A stretch of 64,000 bases of DNA from Gammaproteobacteria bacterium (GCA_963662545.2 CAXXLL010000003.1:1792001-1856000); one strand, 5' to 3'; counted from the stretch's first letter, positions 30,187 to 39,441 are shown. The notes: generated by a model from the letters alone, not told the origin. A program made the numbers and translations.

Positions 30187-30822
30187 TTAGTTCAGACCTT
30201 TTAGTTCCCTGAAGCGCTCGATGTCGCTTGCGAATCGTTGGCGGATGCTTTCTTGTTCCTGTCGTTGTTTCGCGATAAATCTTTCGTTTTCGGATATCTG
30301 ATCACGGACGCTTTCGATATTTGAAACCATTTCTTCGCCGGGCGTCTCGCCGCGCCGCTCAACGTCGGCTGCGCGCTCGATCATCTGGTCGCGGTTCTTT
30401 TCGAGTTTGTCGATATGGCCCCGCGTCAGGCGGATTTGCGATTCCAGGTGGGCGATCTGGCCGTCGCGAGTCAGGATCAAATCATCCTCGGATGCGAATG
30501 TGAGTAGCAAGACGCGGTCGATATCCGCACGCTTCTTCTCTTCGAGGGCCTTTTGCTCCTCTATTTTCGTCTGCGCGCGCTCGGCTGCAAGCTCTTCCCT
30601 GGATTTTGCGCGGTCGTGTGTTTCGATCGTCATGCCGCGGCTGTCCTTGGTTTCGTGCTCTTGCTGAGAGTATTCCGGCGGTACCGAATCACCGCATTCA
30701 CGGACGCCTTCGTTGTTCTTCCAGCACTTGATCGCCGCCTCGGCATGAAGCGTAGCGAACAAAGCTAATAGCGCGATGGTCATGATCCATCTCGTCATCA
30801 GTCGTTTGCGTTTCGCTTTCAT
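30187..30822 (-). CDS. Secreted DUF4124-like coiled-coil protein
   Basis: Signal peptide; CWKNNEGVRECGDSVPPE; DRVLLLTFASEDDL...RD; coiled-coil C-terminus. Confidence 0.7.
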   Translation of the reverse strand: MKAKRKRLMTRWIMTIALLALFATLHAEAAIKCWKNNEGVRECGDSVPPEYSQQEHETKDSRGMTIETHDRAKSREELAAERAQTKIEEQKALEEKKRADIDRVLLLTFASEDDLILTRDGQIAHLESQIRLTRGHIDKLEKNRDQMIERAADVERRGETPGEEMVSNIESVRDQISENERFIAKQRQEQESIRQRFASDIERFRELKGLN

Positions 30823-31108
30823 AATCTCACCCGTCGCGTCTTTCCGGTGGATTCGCTATTTTCGGCGAGTATAGTACCGCACGCTGAACGACGACTGAAC
30901 GCCAGCCCGCATTTCTCACCACCCTCCTGCAGGCGCCGATCCGCTCGCTGTGGCGGGGCGTACTTGCTCCAGCGCCGGATGGCGGTGTTGAGGGGGTAAG
31001 AAACGTCGACGGGGTCTTGAATCTGTTATGAACTTGCGACGCCGATAAGCATCATGAGCACTCGAACGGTGATCCATCAGCTCAGCATCCACCCCTCCAC
31101 GACCTCTC

Positions 31109-31136
31109 GGTTCAACCTAAGTCCGACGGGCTGCTA
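31109..31136 (+). repeat. 28-bp direct repeat, left boundary of the accessory segment
   Basis: GGTTCAACCTAAGTCCGACGGGCTGCTA, identical to 41896-41923. Confidence 0.9.
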
Positions 31137-31175
31137 GGGGGATGCATTCCCTATCACCGACGGACCGGACTGTGC
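31134..31175 (+). repeat. 42-bp dispersed repeat, copy 2
   Basis: 39/42 identical to 17834-17875; overlaps the end of the 28-bp repeat at CTA. Confidence 0.85.
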
Positions 31176-31400
31176 GATTCCCCAGCTCGCCGCGCGGGCG
31201 ATTTGCGGGACACCGTTGAATACCGGCATCCTCCGCGTTCACTTGTCGAGCCGGTACTCGCTCGGCGACATGCCGGAACCGCGCAAACCGCGGGATCCGA
31301 ATTGCTTACGCGCCCGGCAGCCGGAGTACGTGCTTTGCCCGATCGAGGCGGGACACGCGCGTTCGAGGCAGCGACTGCTCGCGAGTCACGGCGTCGTGCA

Positions 31401-31619
31401 TCAGGCTGCGACCTCCAAAGACTCCCACTCACCGGAAATGGACTTCTGGCCGGCGCGCTCCCGGTTGCTGCCCCCCCAGATCGCGATCGCAATACCAAGC
31501 GCGTGCGAGGGCGCGAAACCCACCTGCCCGGACAGCTCGACCGACGGGCGCAGCGTGCGCTGGAAGACCACGTGCCAGCGGACGTCGGCATACGACGCCG
31601 CCGTGCCCGCTTCGCTCGC
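31401..31619 (-). pseudogene. C-terminal relic of a DOMON-like heme b subunit (EB_dh; DMSO reductase type II gamma subunit-like)
   Basis: Translation ...SYADVRWHVVFQRTL...IAIAIWGGSNRERAGQKSISGEW...; its upstream part is replaced by IS21 sequence. Confidence 0.45.
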
Positions 31620-31626
31620 ACACCAC

Positions 31627-32233
31627 GTCGTCGAGGCGGTGCGGCGCCGATATCGGATGGTGTTCACCCGCGCCACCGACCTCGTTTGCGAGTTACTCGA
31701 AGCATGCGATGAGCGTACCCTGACTCGACTGCTCCAGCGATACCGTAGGGTAAATCTATTGATCATCGATGAGCTGGGGTTCGTGCCCTTTGAGCGCGCC
31801 GGCAGAGAGCTGCTGTTCAATCTGCTCAGCGACCGCTACGAGTGCCGCGCCACCGTCGTCACGACCAATCTCGCCTTCGGAGAATGGGTGGCGGTGTTCG
31901 GTGATGAGAAGCTCCCCACCGCAATGCTCGACCGACTGGGTCATCACGCGCATGTGTTGGCCACCCGTGGCACGTCCTATCGGTCTCTCCGAGGCAAGAC
32001 TGCGGGCGTCCGCTTGGGGGCGAAAACCCCGAAATCCGGGAGTACTCTGGATAAGGGTCGGGCAGAGAACGACGATTTTAAGCCATCCGGAGCAGTCGAA
32101 TTTTCAATGAACCCCGAGATCTTGCTCGACAACGGGCAGCCCGTTCCGGTCACGACCTCAAATAACAAGAACGGCTTGAGAGGTGGACCACTTTCTAAGC
32201 GAGCACTGGAACAATTTCGGAGCCTTGACAACA
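31627..32233 (+). mobile_element. istB: IS21-family relic: C-terminal half of the IstB helper ATPase plus right end
   Basis: LLIIDELGFVPF (Walker B), TTNLAFGEW, AMLDRLGHH, GTSYR. No Walker A. IS21-like end GGTGGACCACTTT...TTGACAACA. Confidence 0.85.
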
Positions 32234-32247
32234 ACTTGAGATGAAAG

Positions 32248-32838
32248 ATGACGATATCCAGAATTTTACTGTTGCAACTGACACTGGGGTACCTGATGAT
32301 GGGGTGCCAGGATGCAACTGCACACGGCGGCGTTAGTATGGAAGACGATCTGTGTGTGATCAAAATCGGGTTTCTGAAAGCACATTTTACCGGCTATCAA
32401 CCAAAAACCAACGGGACACAGGAGTTTTGCGAAGACATTCCCGAAGTGGCCAGCAGCATATTCGTGATCGATTACCTGCACGATTTCCTCAAGGAGATGC
32501 CAGTCGATTTTCGTATTATCAAGGACGTCAATAATTTCGGTATTTTCGCCAACTGGGATGACATCACCGGGCTCGAGGATATCGAGCAGGATACGGTTTT
32601 TTATCTACCGCCGATGAAGCGGCCGGACGGTGTGCTCACGGTCAATTACGATTTTCAGCAGGCCGGGGGCTATATCGGCATTGTGACAGCCGTTCATCAC
32701 GAAAAGGAAAAAACTTATCAAGCGGTATTTTATTTTCAGGTGGGCGGGACCAACTATGGGTATGTGCCACTCTTTATCGCACTGGTGGTTCTTGCGCAGG
32801 CGCTCTACTGGTTAACTAACAGAGTTCCCGTTAAATAG
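32248..32838 (+). CDS. PmoD/AmoD-like periplasmic copper protein with C-terminal membrane anchor
   Basis: Signal peptide, then HGGVSMEDDLC...HFTGYQP...EFCEDIP...DFRIIKD...YLPP...G.YIGIVT, then a C-terminal TM helix. I recognise these motifs from PmoD/AmoD. Confidence 0.75.
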   Translation: MTISRILLLQLTLGYLMMGCQDATAHGGVSMEDDLCVIKIGFLKAHFTGYQPKTNGTQEFCEDIPEVASSIFVIDYLHDFLKEMPVDFRIIKDVNNFGIFANWDDITGLEDIEQDTVFYLPPMKRPDGVLTVNYDFQQAGGYIGIVTAVHHEKEKTYQAVFYFQVGGTNYGYVPLFIALVVLAQALYWLTNRVPVK

Positions 32839-32842
32839 GCTG

Positions 32843-32873
32843 CCTGATTATGTGGTGCGCTAATCCGACCTGC
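32843..32873 (-). repeat. Degenerate REP-like palindrome
   Basis: Minus strand GCAGGTCGGATTAGCGCACCACATAATCAGG, related to 34671-34700. Confidence 0.6.
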
Positions 32874-32938
32874 GGTACGGGGACAACAAGACTTTCTGTC
32901 AACAACATAAAATCCCACGATGCCTGTACGATGTAACC

Positions 32939-34609
32939 ATGCACACGCGCTGGCTGCTTTTAGTCTCAATCCTCGTTGCAACATTGTGTTTTCCGCCGCA
33001 GTGGTATCCCACGGGCCTGCGCGTGCAGTTGGGTCAGTGGTTCGGCGCAGATGACTATCGTGCACTCCCTGAGGGGAAACCTGTCGCTGATATAACGGGA
33101 GAAAACCCCTGCCCTGAAGACCTGTTGAACTGGCGGGATGCGCAAACCATTGCCGGTGTCGATATTCGCCGTTCTCCCACCTGTATTGCCGACAATCCTC
33201 ATGCAGTAGCAGCTTTCGTGCGTGGCACGAACAACGTCTCTCAGCAGGTTCTTATGGCCAGTGGCCTGACCCCGGATGCGGTGGAAAAAGGACGTGACCT
33301 GGATGGTGACGGGGACCCTGACGAAATCCACATCCGCCTGGAGGTCGCCGAACTCAACGGCGGTTCACCGGAAGGCAATGTACCAACGACCCGCTATGCC
33401 ATCGCGCCCGGTATCAGGCCGGGATTCTGGGTTTTCGTACCCAAGATGTTTGGCATGGCAACCGAGAACTTCGAGTCGCTCAAGGCACGTGCGATGTTGC
33501 GCCTGCCTTCACCGGCGATCCGCGTTGAACAGGGTGACCGCGTAAAAATCACTTTGGAAAACAGTCATTACATGCCGCACACCATTCACTTTCACGGTGT
33601 AGATCATCCATTCGTCGATGCGGATGGCGAAGGCAACGACGGTGTTCCGCTGACCAGCGAGATACCGGTGCTGCCCGGTAGCGCACGTACCTATGACTTG
33701 CAACCGCGCCAAAGCGGCACCATGTTTTATCATTGCCATGTCCAACCCCACGTACACATCATGATGGGACTGCAGGGCCTGTTCGTCGTCGAGGAAAACC
33801 GACCGAACAACTGGCTGCAAACCCTCAACGTTGGCGCCGGTCACGTACGCGTGCCATCGGTCGCGGTGACTGAACGGTTCGACCGTGAATACGACTTGCA
33901 GTATCTCGACGTCGATATCGAATTGAACAATCGGATTCAACGCTTCAATGACCCTCGCCTGATAACCCGCGAGATGCACCGCCGCTACGATATCACCGAC
34001 GCTAAAAGCGATTTCTTTACCCTTAACGGTCGCTCTTTTCCCTATACGTTTCGTGAATCGCTGGTGGTAACAAAACCAGATGAGCGTATTAAATTACGAA
34101 TCGTTAACGGTGGCAGTACCGGCGTTGCGCTGCATACCCACGGCCACAAAGTCACTGCCACCCATTATGACGGTGTGGCCGTCAAACCTGCAGCACAAAT
34201 CATTCGCGACGTGACGTGGATTGCCAGCGCCCAGCGAGTAGACCTGGATCTGGAGACCACCGATGACGGATTGCATTCGTATGGGGGAGGGATCTGGCTG
34301 CTGCATGATCACCAGGAAAGGGGCGTCACCAACGATGGCATGGGGCCGGGCGGTAACATCAGCGCCATTGTTTACGAAGACTATTTGCAGGAAAACGGCT
34401 GGCCCAGAACGCAGGGCGTGGATCTGAACCGGTTTTTCACTGAAGCCTATTATCGGAAAGAAGTCCCGGTGTGGGACAGTCTGGCTAAGGGGACATTTTC
34501 AGACATGGGTACTGATTTATGGATGTTGATACGCTTGTTGGGCTTGGGACTTTCGCTGGGAGTCATGGTGGCGCTGGTGATCAATCCCATCATCAACCGC
34601 AGGTCTTAG
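32939..34609 (+). CDS. Two-domain multicopper oxidase (type 1 Cu in domain 1), membrane-anchored
   Basis: Domain 1: HTIHFHG and YHCHVQPHVHIMMGL. Domain 2: LHTHGH and LLHDH (no Cys). N-terminal signal and extension containing DLDGDGDPD; C-terminal TM helix. Confidence 0.88.
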   Translation: MHTRWLLLVSILVATLCFPPQWYPTGLRVQLGQWFGADDYRALPEGKPVADITGENPCPEDLLNWRDAQTIAGVDIRRSPTCIADNPHAVAAFVRGTNNVSQQVLMASGLTPDAVEKGRDLDGDGDPDEIHIRLEVAELNGGSPEGNVPTTRYAIAPGIRPGFWVFVPKMFGMATENFESLKARAMLRLPSPAIRVEQGDRVKITLENSHYMPHTIHFHGVDHPFVDADGEGNDGVPLTSEIPVLPGSARTYDLQPRQSGTMFYHCHVQPHVHIMMGLQGLFVVEENRPNNWLQTLNVGAGHVRVPSVAVTERFDREYDLQYLDVDIELNNRIQRFNDPRLITREMHRRYDITDAKSDFFTLNGRSFPYTFRESLVVTKPDERIKLRIVNGGSTGVALHTHGHKVTATHYDGVAVKPAAQIIRDVTWIASAQRVDLDLETTDDGLHSYGGGIWLLHDHQERGVTNDGMGPGGNISAIVYEDYLQENGWPRTQGVDLNRFFTEAYYRKEVPVWDSLAKGTFSDMGTDLWMLIRLLGLGLSLGVMVALVINPIINRRS

Positions 34610-34632
34610 AATGGAAAAGCGCGAATGGTTCG

Positions 34633-34700
34633 CGGAATAAATTCCGATCCTGCTGTTTATAAGGAGTGCTGTCGGATTATGCTGCGCTAATCCGGCCTAG
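34633..34700 (-). repeat. Two REP-like palindromes between the MCO and cupredoxin genes
   Basis: CGGAATAAATTCCGATCCTGC (34633-34653) and GTCGGATTATGCTGCGCTAATCCGGCCTAG (34671-34700). Confidence 0.6.
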
Positions 34701-34719
34701 GTCGAATTGGAATAATCGA

Positions 34720-35385
34720 ATGGTACCCGTAAAAATCCTTTGCGTTTTATGCGTCCTTGCGGCGAATTTCAACCATACCGCACAAGCTGAACCGCAGGAC
34801 CCACACGCCGGGCACCAGCATCACAATATGACCCTCGACAGCAGCGGTTTGGTGATGAACAGCAACGATCACCGTCTGCCGCAGGACTGCGAGAAGCTGG
34901 GCCGCGATCACCACATCAAGGTTTACGCCGGTACGAAATTCGCGGCGGACTACCCCGGCACGGTATTCGGTATGAGCCAGCACGAATACCAGGTCGAGCC
35001 TTGCAGCCGCATCACGGTTACGTTTGTCAACGAGGACGAGGTACGTCACCAGTGGATGATCCACGGATTGCCCAGGTATCTTTATCCCGGCGGCATGTTC
35101 CATCTTGAAGCTGCGGGCGGATATTCCCAAACCGGCACCTTCATCGTGCCGGGCGATGATAAAACCTACCTCGTACACTGCGATATGGCCCAGCATATGG
35201 AAAAGGGCATGAAAGCCCAGCTGAAAGTCGGTAAAGGCAGTGGTGACCTGTGGGCTGTGCCGGGTGTCAGCACAGGCTTCACACAAGATACCTATCTGCC
35301 CGACGAAACCGGGCTCTATCTAATGGTGATCTCCGTTGCGGGAATCGTGATTACCACGCTGGTCATGTCAAGCAGACGATCCTGA
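34720..35385 (+). CDS. Cupredoxin (type 1 blue copper) protein with His-rich N-terminus and C-terminal anchor
   Basis: Signal peptide ending AQA, HAGHQHH, RHQW, C-x4-H-x4-M motif (HCDMAQHMEKGM), C-terminal TM helix. Confidence 0.82.
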   Translation: MVPVKILCVLCVLAANFNHTAQAEPQDPHAGHQHHNMTLDSSGLVMNSNDHRLPQDCEKLGRDHHIKVYAGTKFAADYPGTVFGMSQHEYQVEPCSRITVTFVNEDEVRHQWMIHGLPRYLYPGGMFHLEAAGGYSQTGTFIVPGDDKTYLVHCDMAQHMEKGMKAQLKVGKGSGDLWAVPGVSTGFTQDTYLPDETGLYLMVISVAGIVITTLVMSSRRS

Positions 35386-35644
35386 AGATCTCCTCGGCAT
35401 TCGCCAACAGCTTCTTCTTCCACTCCGAGACCTGCTTGGGATCGACATCGAACTGCTCCGCGGGATCAGCCACGGTGCGGTCCCCTCGAACGACCGCCAG
35501 AAAGACCTTCGCCTTGAAGCTCACCGAATGATTGCGTCGTTTCCTCTTTGTTATCCTCTGCTCCTATTACCTTGGCGGATATGTAAAACAGAAGATTTCT
35601 CCTAGCGTCGGCGATCGGCTGTCCACTCGACGGGGTCCACTTCA
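35384..35644 (-). mobile_element. IS3-family relic: left inverted repeat plus decayed OrfA
   Basis: Minus strand begins TGAAGTGGACCCC. Translation ITKRKRRNHSVSFKAKV...DRTVA..AEQFDV..KQVSEWKKKLL; the expected start codon reads ATA. Confidence 0.85.
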
Positions 35645-35775
35645 TCTAATTGAAATCCGGATTAATTCTCTGCGAAAAATCGTGGCCCAAGCCAGAATTT
35701 TTCGATATCATTAACTGTTCGAAGAATCCTAGACCTTAGTCTTACTCTAGAACCTGCGGTCTGAGCGGGCAGAGG

Positions 35776-36906
35776 ATGATCAATATGGCATTGGCTATAG
35801 TTCTGTTTCTACTGACCATCGGTTCTATTCTCTTTCACTTTCTCAGTCCCTGGTATTTCACCCCGCTCGCTTCCAACTGGAGCGCCATCGACGACGCCCT
35901 CGACATCACCTTCTGGGTCACCGGGACGGTGTTTGTTCTCGTCAACCTGTTCCTGGCCTATTGCGTGATAAAATTTCGATACAGAAAGGACCGCCGGGCG
36001 CACTACGAACCCGAGAACAAGAAGCTGGAAATCTGGCTCACGGTAGTGACCTCGATCGGCATTGTTGCCATGTTGACGCCCGGTCTATATGTCTGGGCCA
36101 AGTTCGTTGATACACCGGAAGACGCCGATGTGTTCGAGGTTGTCGGCAAGCAATGGTCGTGGAGCTACCGTTTCCCCGGCGAAGACGGCGCTCTCGGTAC
36201 GGTCGACACCCGTCATATCTCCTCTGCTAACCCGTTCGGTATCAATCCGGACGACCCCAACGGGCAGGACGATATACTCGTCTCCAGCAATGAAGTGCAC
36301 TTGCCGATTGACCGACCGGTCAACGCGCTATTGCGCTCCCAGGATGTGCTGCACGACTTCGCGGTGGCGCAGTTCCGGGTCAAGATGGACTTGGTGCCGG
36401 GCCTGGTTACCGAGATGTGGTTTACGCCCACCAAGTTAGGGAAATACGACGTCTTGTGTGAAGAATTATGCGGCGTGGGCCACTACAAGATGCGTGGCCA
36501 CGTGGTGGTTGACGAAGAAGCCGACTTCAAGGCGTGGCTGAACACGCACCCGACCTATGCACAAACCGTCTCTGGTACCGGCGCTGCGGCTGCAACAGCC
36601 GGGCTCAGCCTGGTCGAACAAGGTCGTATGCTGGCAGACTCACGTGCCTGTCTAGTCTGTCATACCATAGACGGCAGCACCGGTATCGGACCCACGTGGC
36701 AAGGCCTGTTTGGCAAGACCGAAACGTTTACGGACGGCACGACCGTTGTGGTCGATGCAGATTACCTAAGGGAATCCATTCTCAATCCGAACGCCAAGGT
36801 GGTGGAGGGCTTTGCGCCGGCCATGCCACCGGGCAGTTACACGGATGAAGAATTGGAGGCGCTGATTACCTATATCAGAGATGGCCTGAGTGAAGATTCT
36901 GAATGA
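35776..36906 (+). CDS. coxB: Cytochrome c oxidase subunit II with fused cytochrome c (CoxM-like)
   Basis: CuA ligands DVLHDF and CEELCGVGHYKM; C-terminal CLVCH heme c motif and distal Met (AMP). Confidence 0.93.
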   Translation: MINMALAIVLFLLTIGSILFHFLSPWYFTPLASNWSAIDDALDITFWVTGTVFVLVNLFLAYCVIKFRYRKDRRAHYEPENKKLEIWLTVVTSIGIVAMLTPGLYVWAKFVDTPEDADVFEVVGKQWSWSYRFPGEDGALGTVDTRHISSANPFGINPDDPNGQDDILVSSNEVHLPIDRPVNALLRSQDVLHDFAVAQFRVKMDLVPGLVTEMWFTPTKLGKYDVLCEELCGVGHYKMRGHVVVDEEADFKAWLNTHPTYAQTVSGTGAAAATAGLSLVEQGRMLADSRACLVCHTIDGSTGIGPTWQGLFGKTETFTDGTTVVVDADYLRESILNPNAKVVEGFAPAMPPGSYTDEELEALITYIRDGLSEDSE

Positions 36907-36952
36907 TGAGATCAACGGGCCGATTTGAAATAATCACCAGGAGAATACTCTG

Positions 36953-38707
36953 ATGTCTACTGTTGCACACGACGTGGATGATTTTGTAGCACCTGCCGAA
37001 ATCCCGGAGATGGAGCTCTACCACGCGAAAACCTGGCTAGGCAGGTATGTCTTCAGCCAGGACGCCAAGGTGATTGCCATCCAGTATGCCTGTACCGCGA
37101 TGGCAATTGGCCTTGTGGCGCTGGTGATGTCCATGCTGATGCGGGTACAGCTGGGCTTTCCGGGCACTTTTTCCTTCATCGACGCTTCGGTCTACATCCA
37201 ACTGGTCACCATGCATGGCATGATCATGGTCATCTACCTGCTCACCGCACTGTTTCTGGGTGGCTTCGGCAACTACCTGATCCCACTGATGCTCGGTGCA
37301 CGCGACATGGTATTTCCCTATGTCAATATGCTCAGTTTCTGGATTTACTTTGTCGCCGTTCTGATACTGGTAGCGAGTCTCTTCGTCCCCGGCGGGTCTA
37401 CCGGCGCCGGTTGGACGCTGTATCCGCCGCAGGCCATCCTGCCCGGTACCCCCGGCGCGGGCTGGGGGATCATATTAATGCTCGTCTCGCTGGCCTTCTT
37501 CATCATCGGCTTTACCATGGGCGGCCTGAACTACGTGGTCACGGTGTTGCAGGCGCGCACCCGCGGCATGACGCTGATGCGCATGCCGTTGACGATATGG
37601 GGCATCTTCATGGCCACCGTGCTCGCGCTATTGGCCTTTCCGGCCCTGTTCGTCAGTGCGATCATGATGTTGCTGGACATGACCCTGGGCACCAGCTTTT
37701 TCATGCCCGCCATCGTCTCGATGGGGCAGCAACTGGACCACACCGGCGGCAGTCCGGTCCTTTTCCAGCACCTGTTCTGGTTTTTCGGCCATCCCGAGGT
37801 CTATATCGTCGCCTTGCCGGCCTTCGGCATCGTCTCCGACCTGCTCGCTGTTAACGCCAGGAAAAATATCTTCGGCTACCGCATGATGGTCTGGGCAATC
37901 GTCGGAATCGGCGCGCTCAGTTTTGTCGTCTGGGCGCATCACATGTACGTCAGCGGCATGAACCCGTATTTTGGCTTCTTTTTCGCCGTCACCACACTGA
38001 TCATCGCTGTCCCCACGGCCATCAAGGTCTATAACTGGACACTGACGCTGTGGCGAGGCAACATCCGCCTCAACACGCCGATGTTGTTCGCCATCGGCTT
38101 TATCTTCACCTTCGTCAACGGCGGCCTGACCGGCCTGTTTCTCGGTAACGCGACCCTCGATCTGCCGCTTTCAGACACGATGTTCGTGGTCGCCCACTTC
38201 CACATGGTCATGGCGGTATCGCCCGTGCTGGTGGTGTTTGGCGCGATCTACCATTGGTATCCCAAGGTCACCGGGCGCATGCTGGACGAAACCCTGGGCA
38301 AAGTTCACTTTTGGGTCACCTTGCTTGGCACCTATGCCATCTACTATCCGATGCATTACCTGGGGTTTTTGGGCGTGCCGCGCCGGTATTACTCCATAGA
38401 GGGGACTGATTTCATCCCGCAATCCGCCATGGACCTTAACGCGGCCATCTCCATTGCGGCCTTCGTTGTCGGCGCTGTCCAGCTGGTGTTTATCTATAAC
38501 CTGATCGTCAGTTATTTCCGCGGCAAGGAAGCGGGTGGCAATCCGTGGGAAGCCACGACCTTGGAGTGGCAAACCGCCGACACCCCGCCGAAACACGGCA
38601 ACTTTGGCAAGGAACTGCCCCTGGTCTACCGCTGGGCGTACGATTACAGCGTACCGGGTGCCGAAAAAGACTTCATCCCGCAAAATGTAGCGCCATCCGC
38701 TGTGTAG
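36953..38707 (+). CDS. ctaD: Cytochrome c oxidase subunit I, A1 type (CoxN-like)
   Basis: TMHG, GWTLYPP, FFGHPEVY, WAHHM, AVPTAIK (K channel), AHFH, PRRY. Confidence 0.96.
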   Translation: MSTVAHDVDDFVAPAEIPEMELYHAKTWLGRYVFSQDAKVIAIQYACTAMAIGLVALVMSMLMRVQLGFPGTFSFIDASVYIQLVTMHGMIMVIYLLTALFLGGFGNYLIPLMLGARDMVFPYVNMLSFWIYFVAVLILVASLFVPGGSTGAGWTLYPPQAILPGTPGAGWGIILMLVSLAFFIIGFTMGGLNYVVTVLQARTRGMTLMRMPLTIWGIFMATVLALLAFPALFVSAIMMLLDMTLGTSFFMPAIVSMGQQLDHTGGSPVLFQHLFWFFGHPEVYIVALPAFGIVSDLLAVNARKNIFGYRMMVWAIVGIGALSFVVWAHHMYVSGMNPYFGFFFAVTTLIIAVPTAIKVYNWTLTLWRGNIRLNTPMLFAIGFIFTFVNGGLTGLFLGNATLDLPLSDTMFVVAHFHMVMAVSPVLVVFGAIYHWYPKVTGRMLDETLGKVHFWVTLLGTYAIYYPMHYLGFLGVPRRYYSIEGTDFIPQSAMDLNAAISIAAFVVGAVQLVFIYNLIVSYFRGKEAGGNPWEATTLEWQTADTPPKHGNFGKELPLVYRWAYDYSVPGAEKDFIPQNVAPSAV

Positions 38708-38754
38708 AAGATCATCAACGCGGGATAATCAATAAGCACGCAGTGAACTGACTC

Positions 38755-39426
38755 GTGACGATTTCTTTACTCTTCATGGCCGCGTTAATGGGCGTGGTCG
38801 CCTGGTGGTTGCTGAAGCAATCGGTCAATACCAAGCCTTGGGAATCGAAAGCTCACTATGCTTCGAGCGAAGAGTTCAGCGGGCGTTCATTTCCCCAGCC
38901 CGATGCCAAGCTCGGCCTGTTAGTTTTTCTTGCCGTCGTCACTTCATTGTTTGCACTGTTTATCAGCGCGTACGCCATGCGCATGAAAATGGGCGACTGG
39001 CGCCCCTTGCACGATCCGGACCTGTTGTGGCTGAACACGGGCGTGTTGATCCTGAGCAGTATCGCCTTGCAGTGGGCGCGAGTTGCCGCCAATCGGGAGC
39101 AGATCGACCGTGTGCGTAACGGTTTGCTTGCCGGCGGTTTTTTCGCATTTGCCTTTATGGGGGGGCAGCTGTTGGCTTGGCGACAACTGGTCGACGCGGG
39201 CTATTATGTGCATTCCAACCCGGCTAACGCCTTCTTTTACCTCATTACGGGGCTGCACGCTCTACACGTGTTGGGTGGCCTGGTGGCCTGGAGCATGACG
39301 ACTATAAAGCTATTGCGCGGTACTGAAGTGGCCCGGCTGCGTTTGAGCATAGAGCTGTGCGCGGTGTACTGGCACTTCCTGCTTGTAGTGTGGGTGATTT
39401 TGTTTGGTTTGATGTTATCAACTTAG
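38755..39426 (+). CDS. Cytochrome c oxidase subunit III family (CoxO-like)
   Basis: LFALFISAY, NTGVLILSS, FFYLITGLHALHVLGG, YWHFL. Confidence 0.88.
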   Translation: MTISLLFMAALMGVVAWWLLKQSVNTKPWESKAHYASSEEFSGRSFPQPDAKLGLLVFLAVVTSLFALFISAYAMRMKMGDWRPLHDPDLLWLNTGVLILSSIALQWARVAANREQIDRVRNGLLAGGFFAFAFMGGQLLAWRQLVDAGYYVHSNPANAFFYLITGLHALHVLGGLVAWSMTTIKLLRGTEVARLRLSIELCAVYWHFLLVVWVILFGLMLST

Positions 39427-39441
39427 AAGAAAGTTAAAACT

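Noticed and set aside
31216-32244. 342-aa ORF as an intact IstB
   Set aside because: No Walker A and no istA; the N-terminal half is the antisense of another gene relic.
32939-34609. Copper nitrite reductase NirK
   Set aside because: Both domains retain HxH pairs (HFH, HCH, HTH, HDH), consistent with a trinuclear cluster; NirK lacks several of these His.
35645-35775. FNR box upstream of the cox operon
   Set aside because: No TTGAT-N4-ATCAA match with acceptable spacing.
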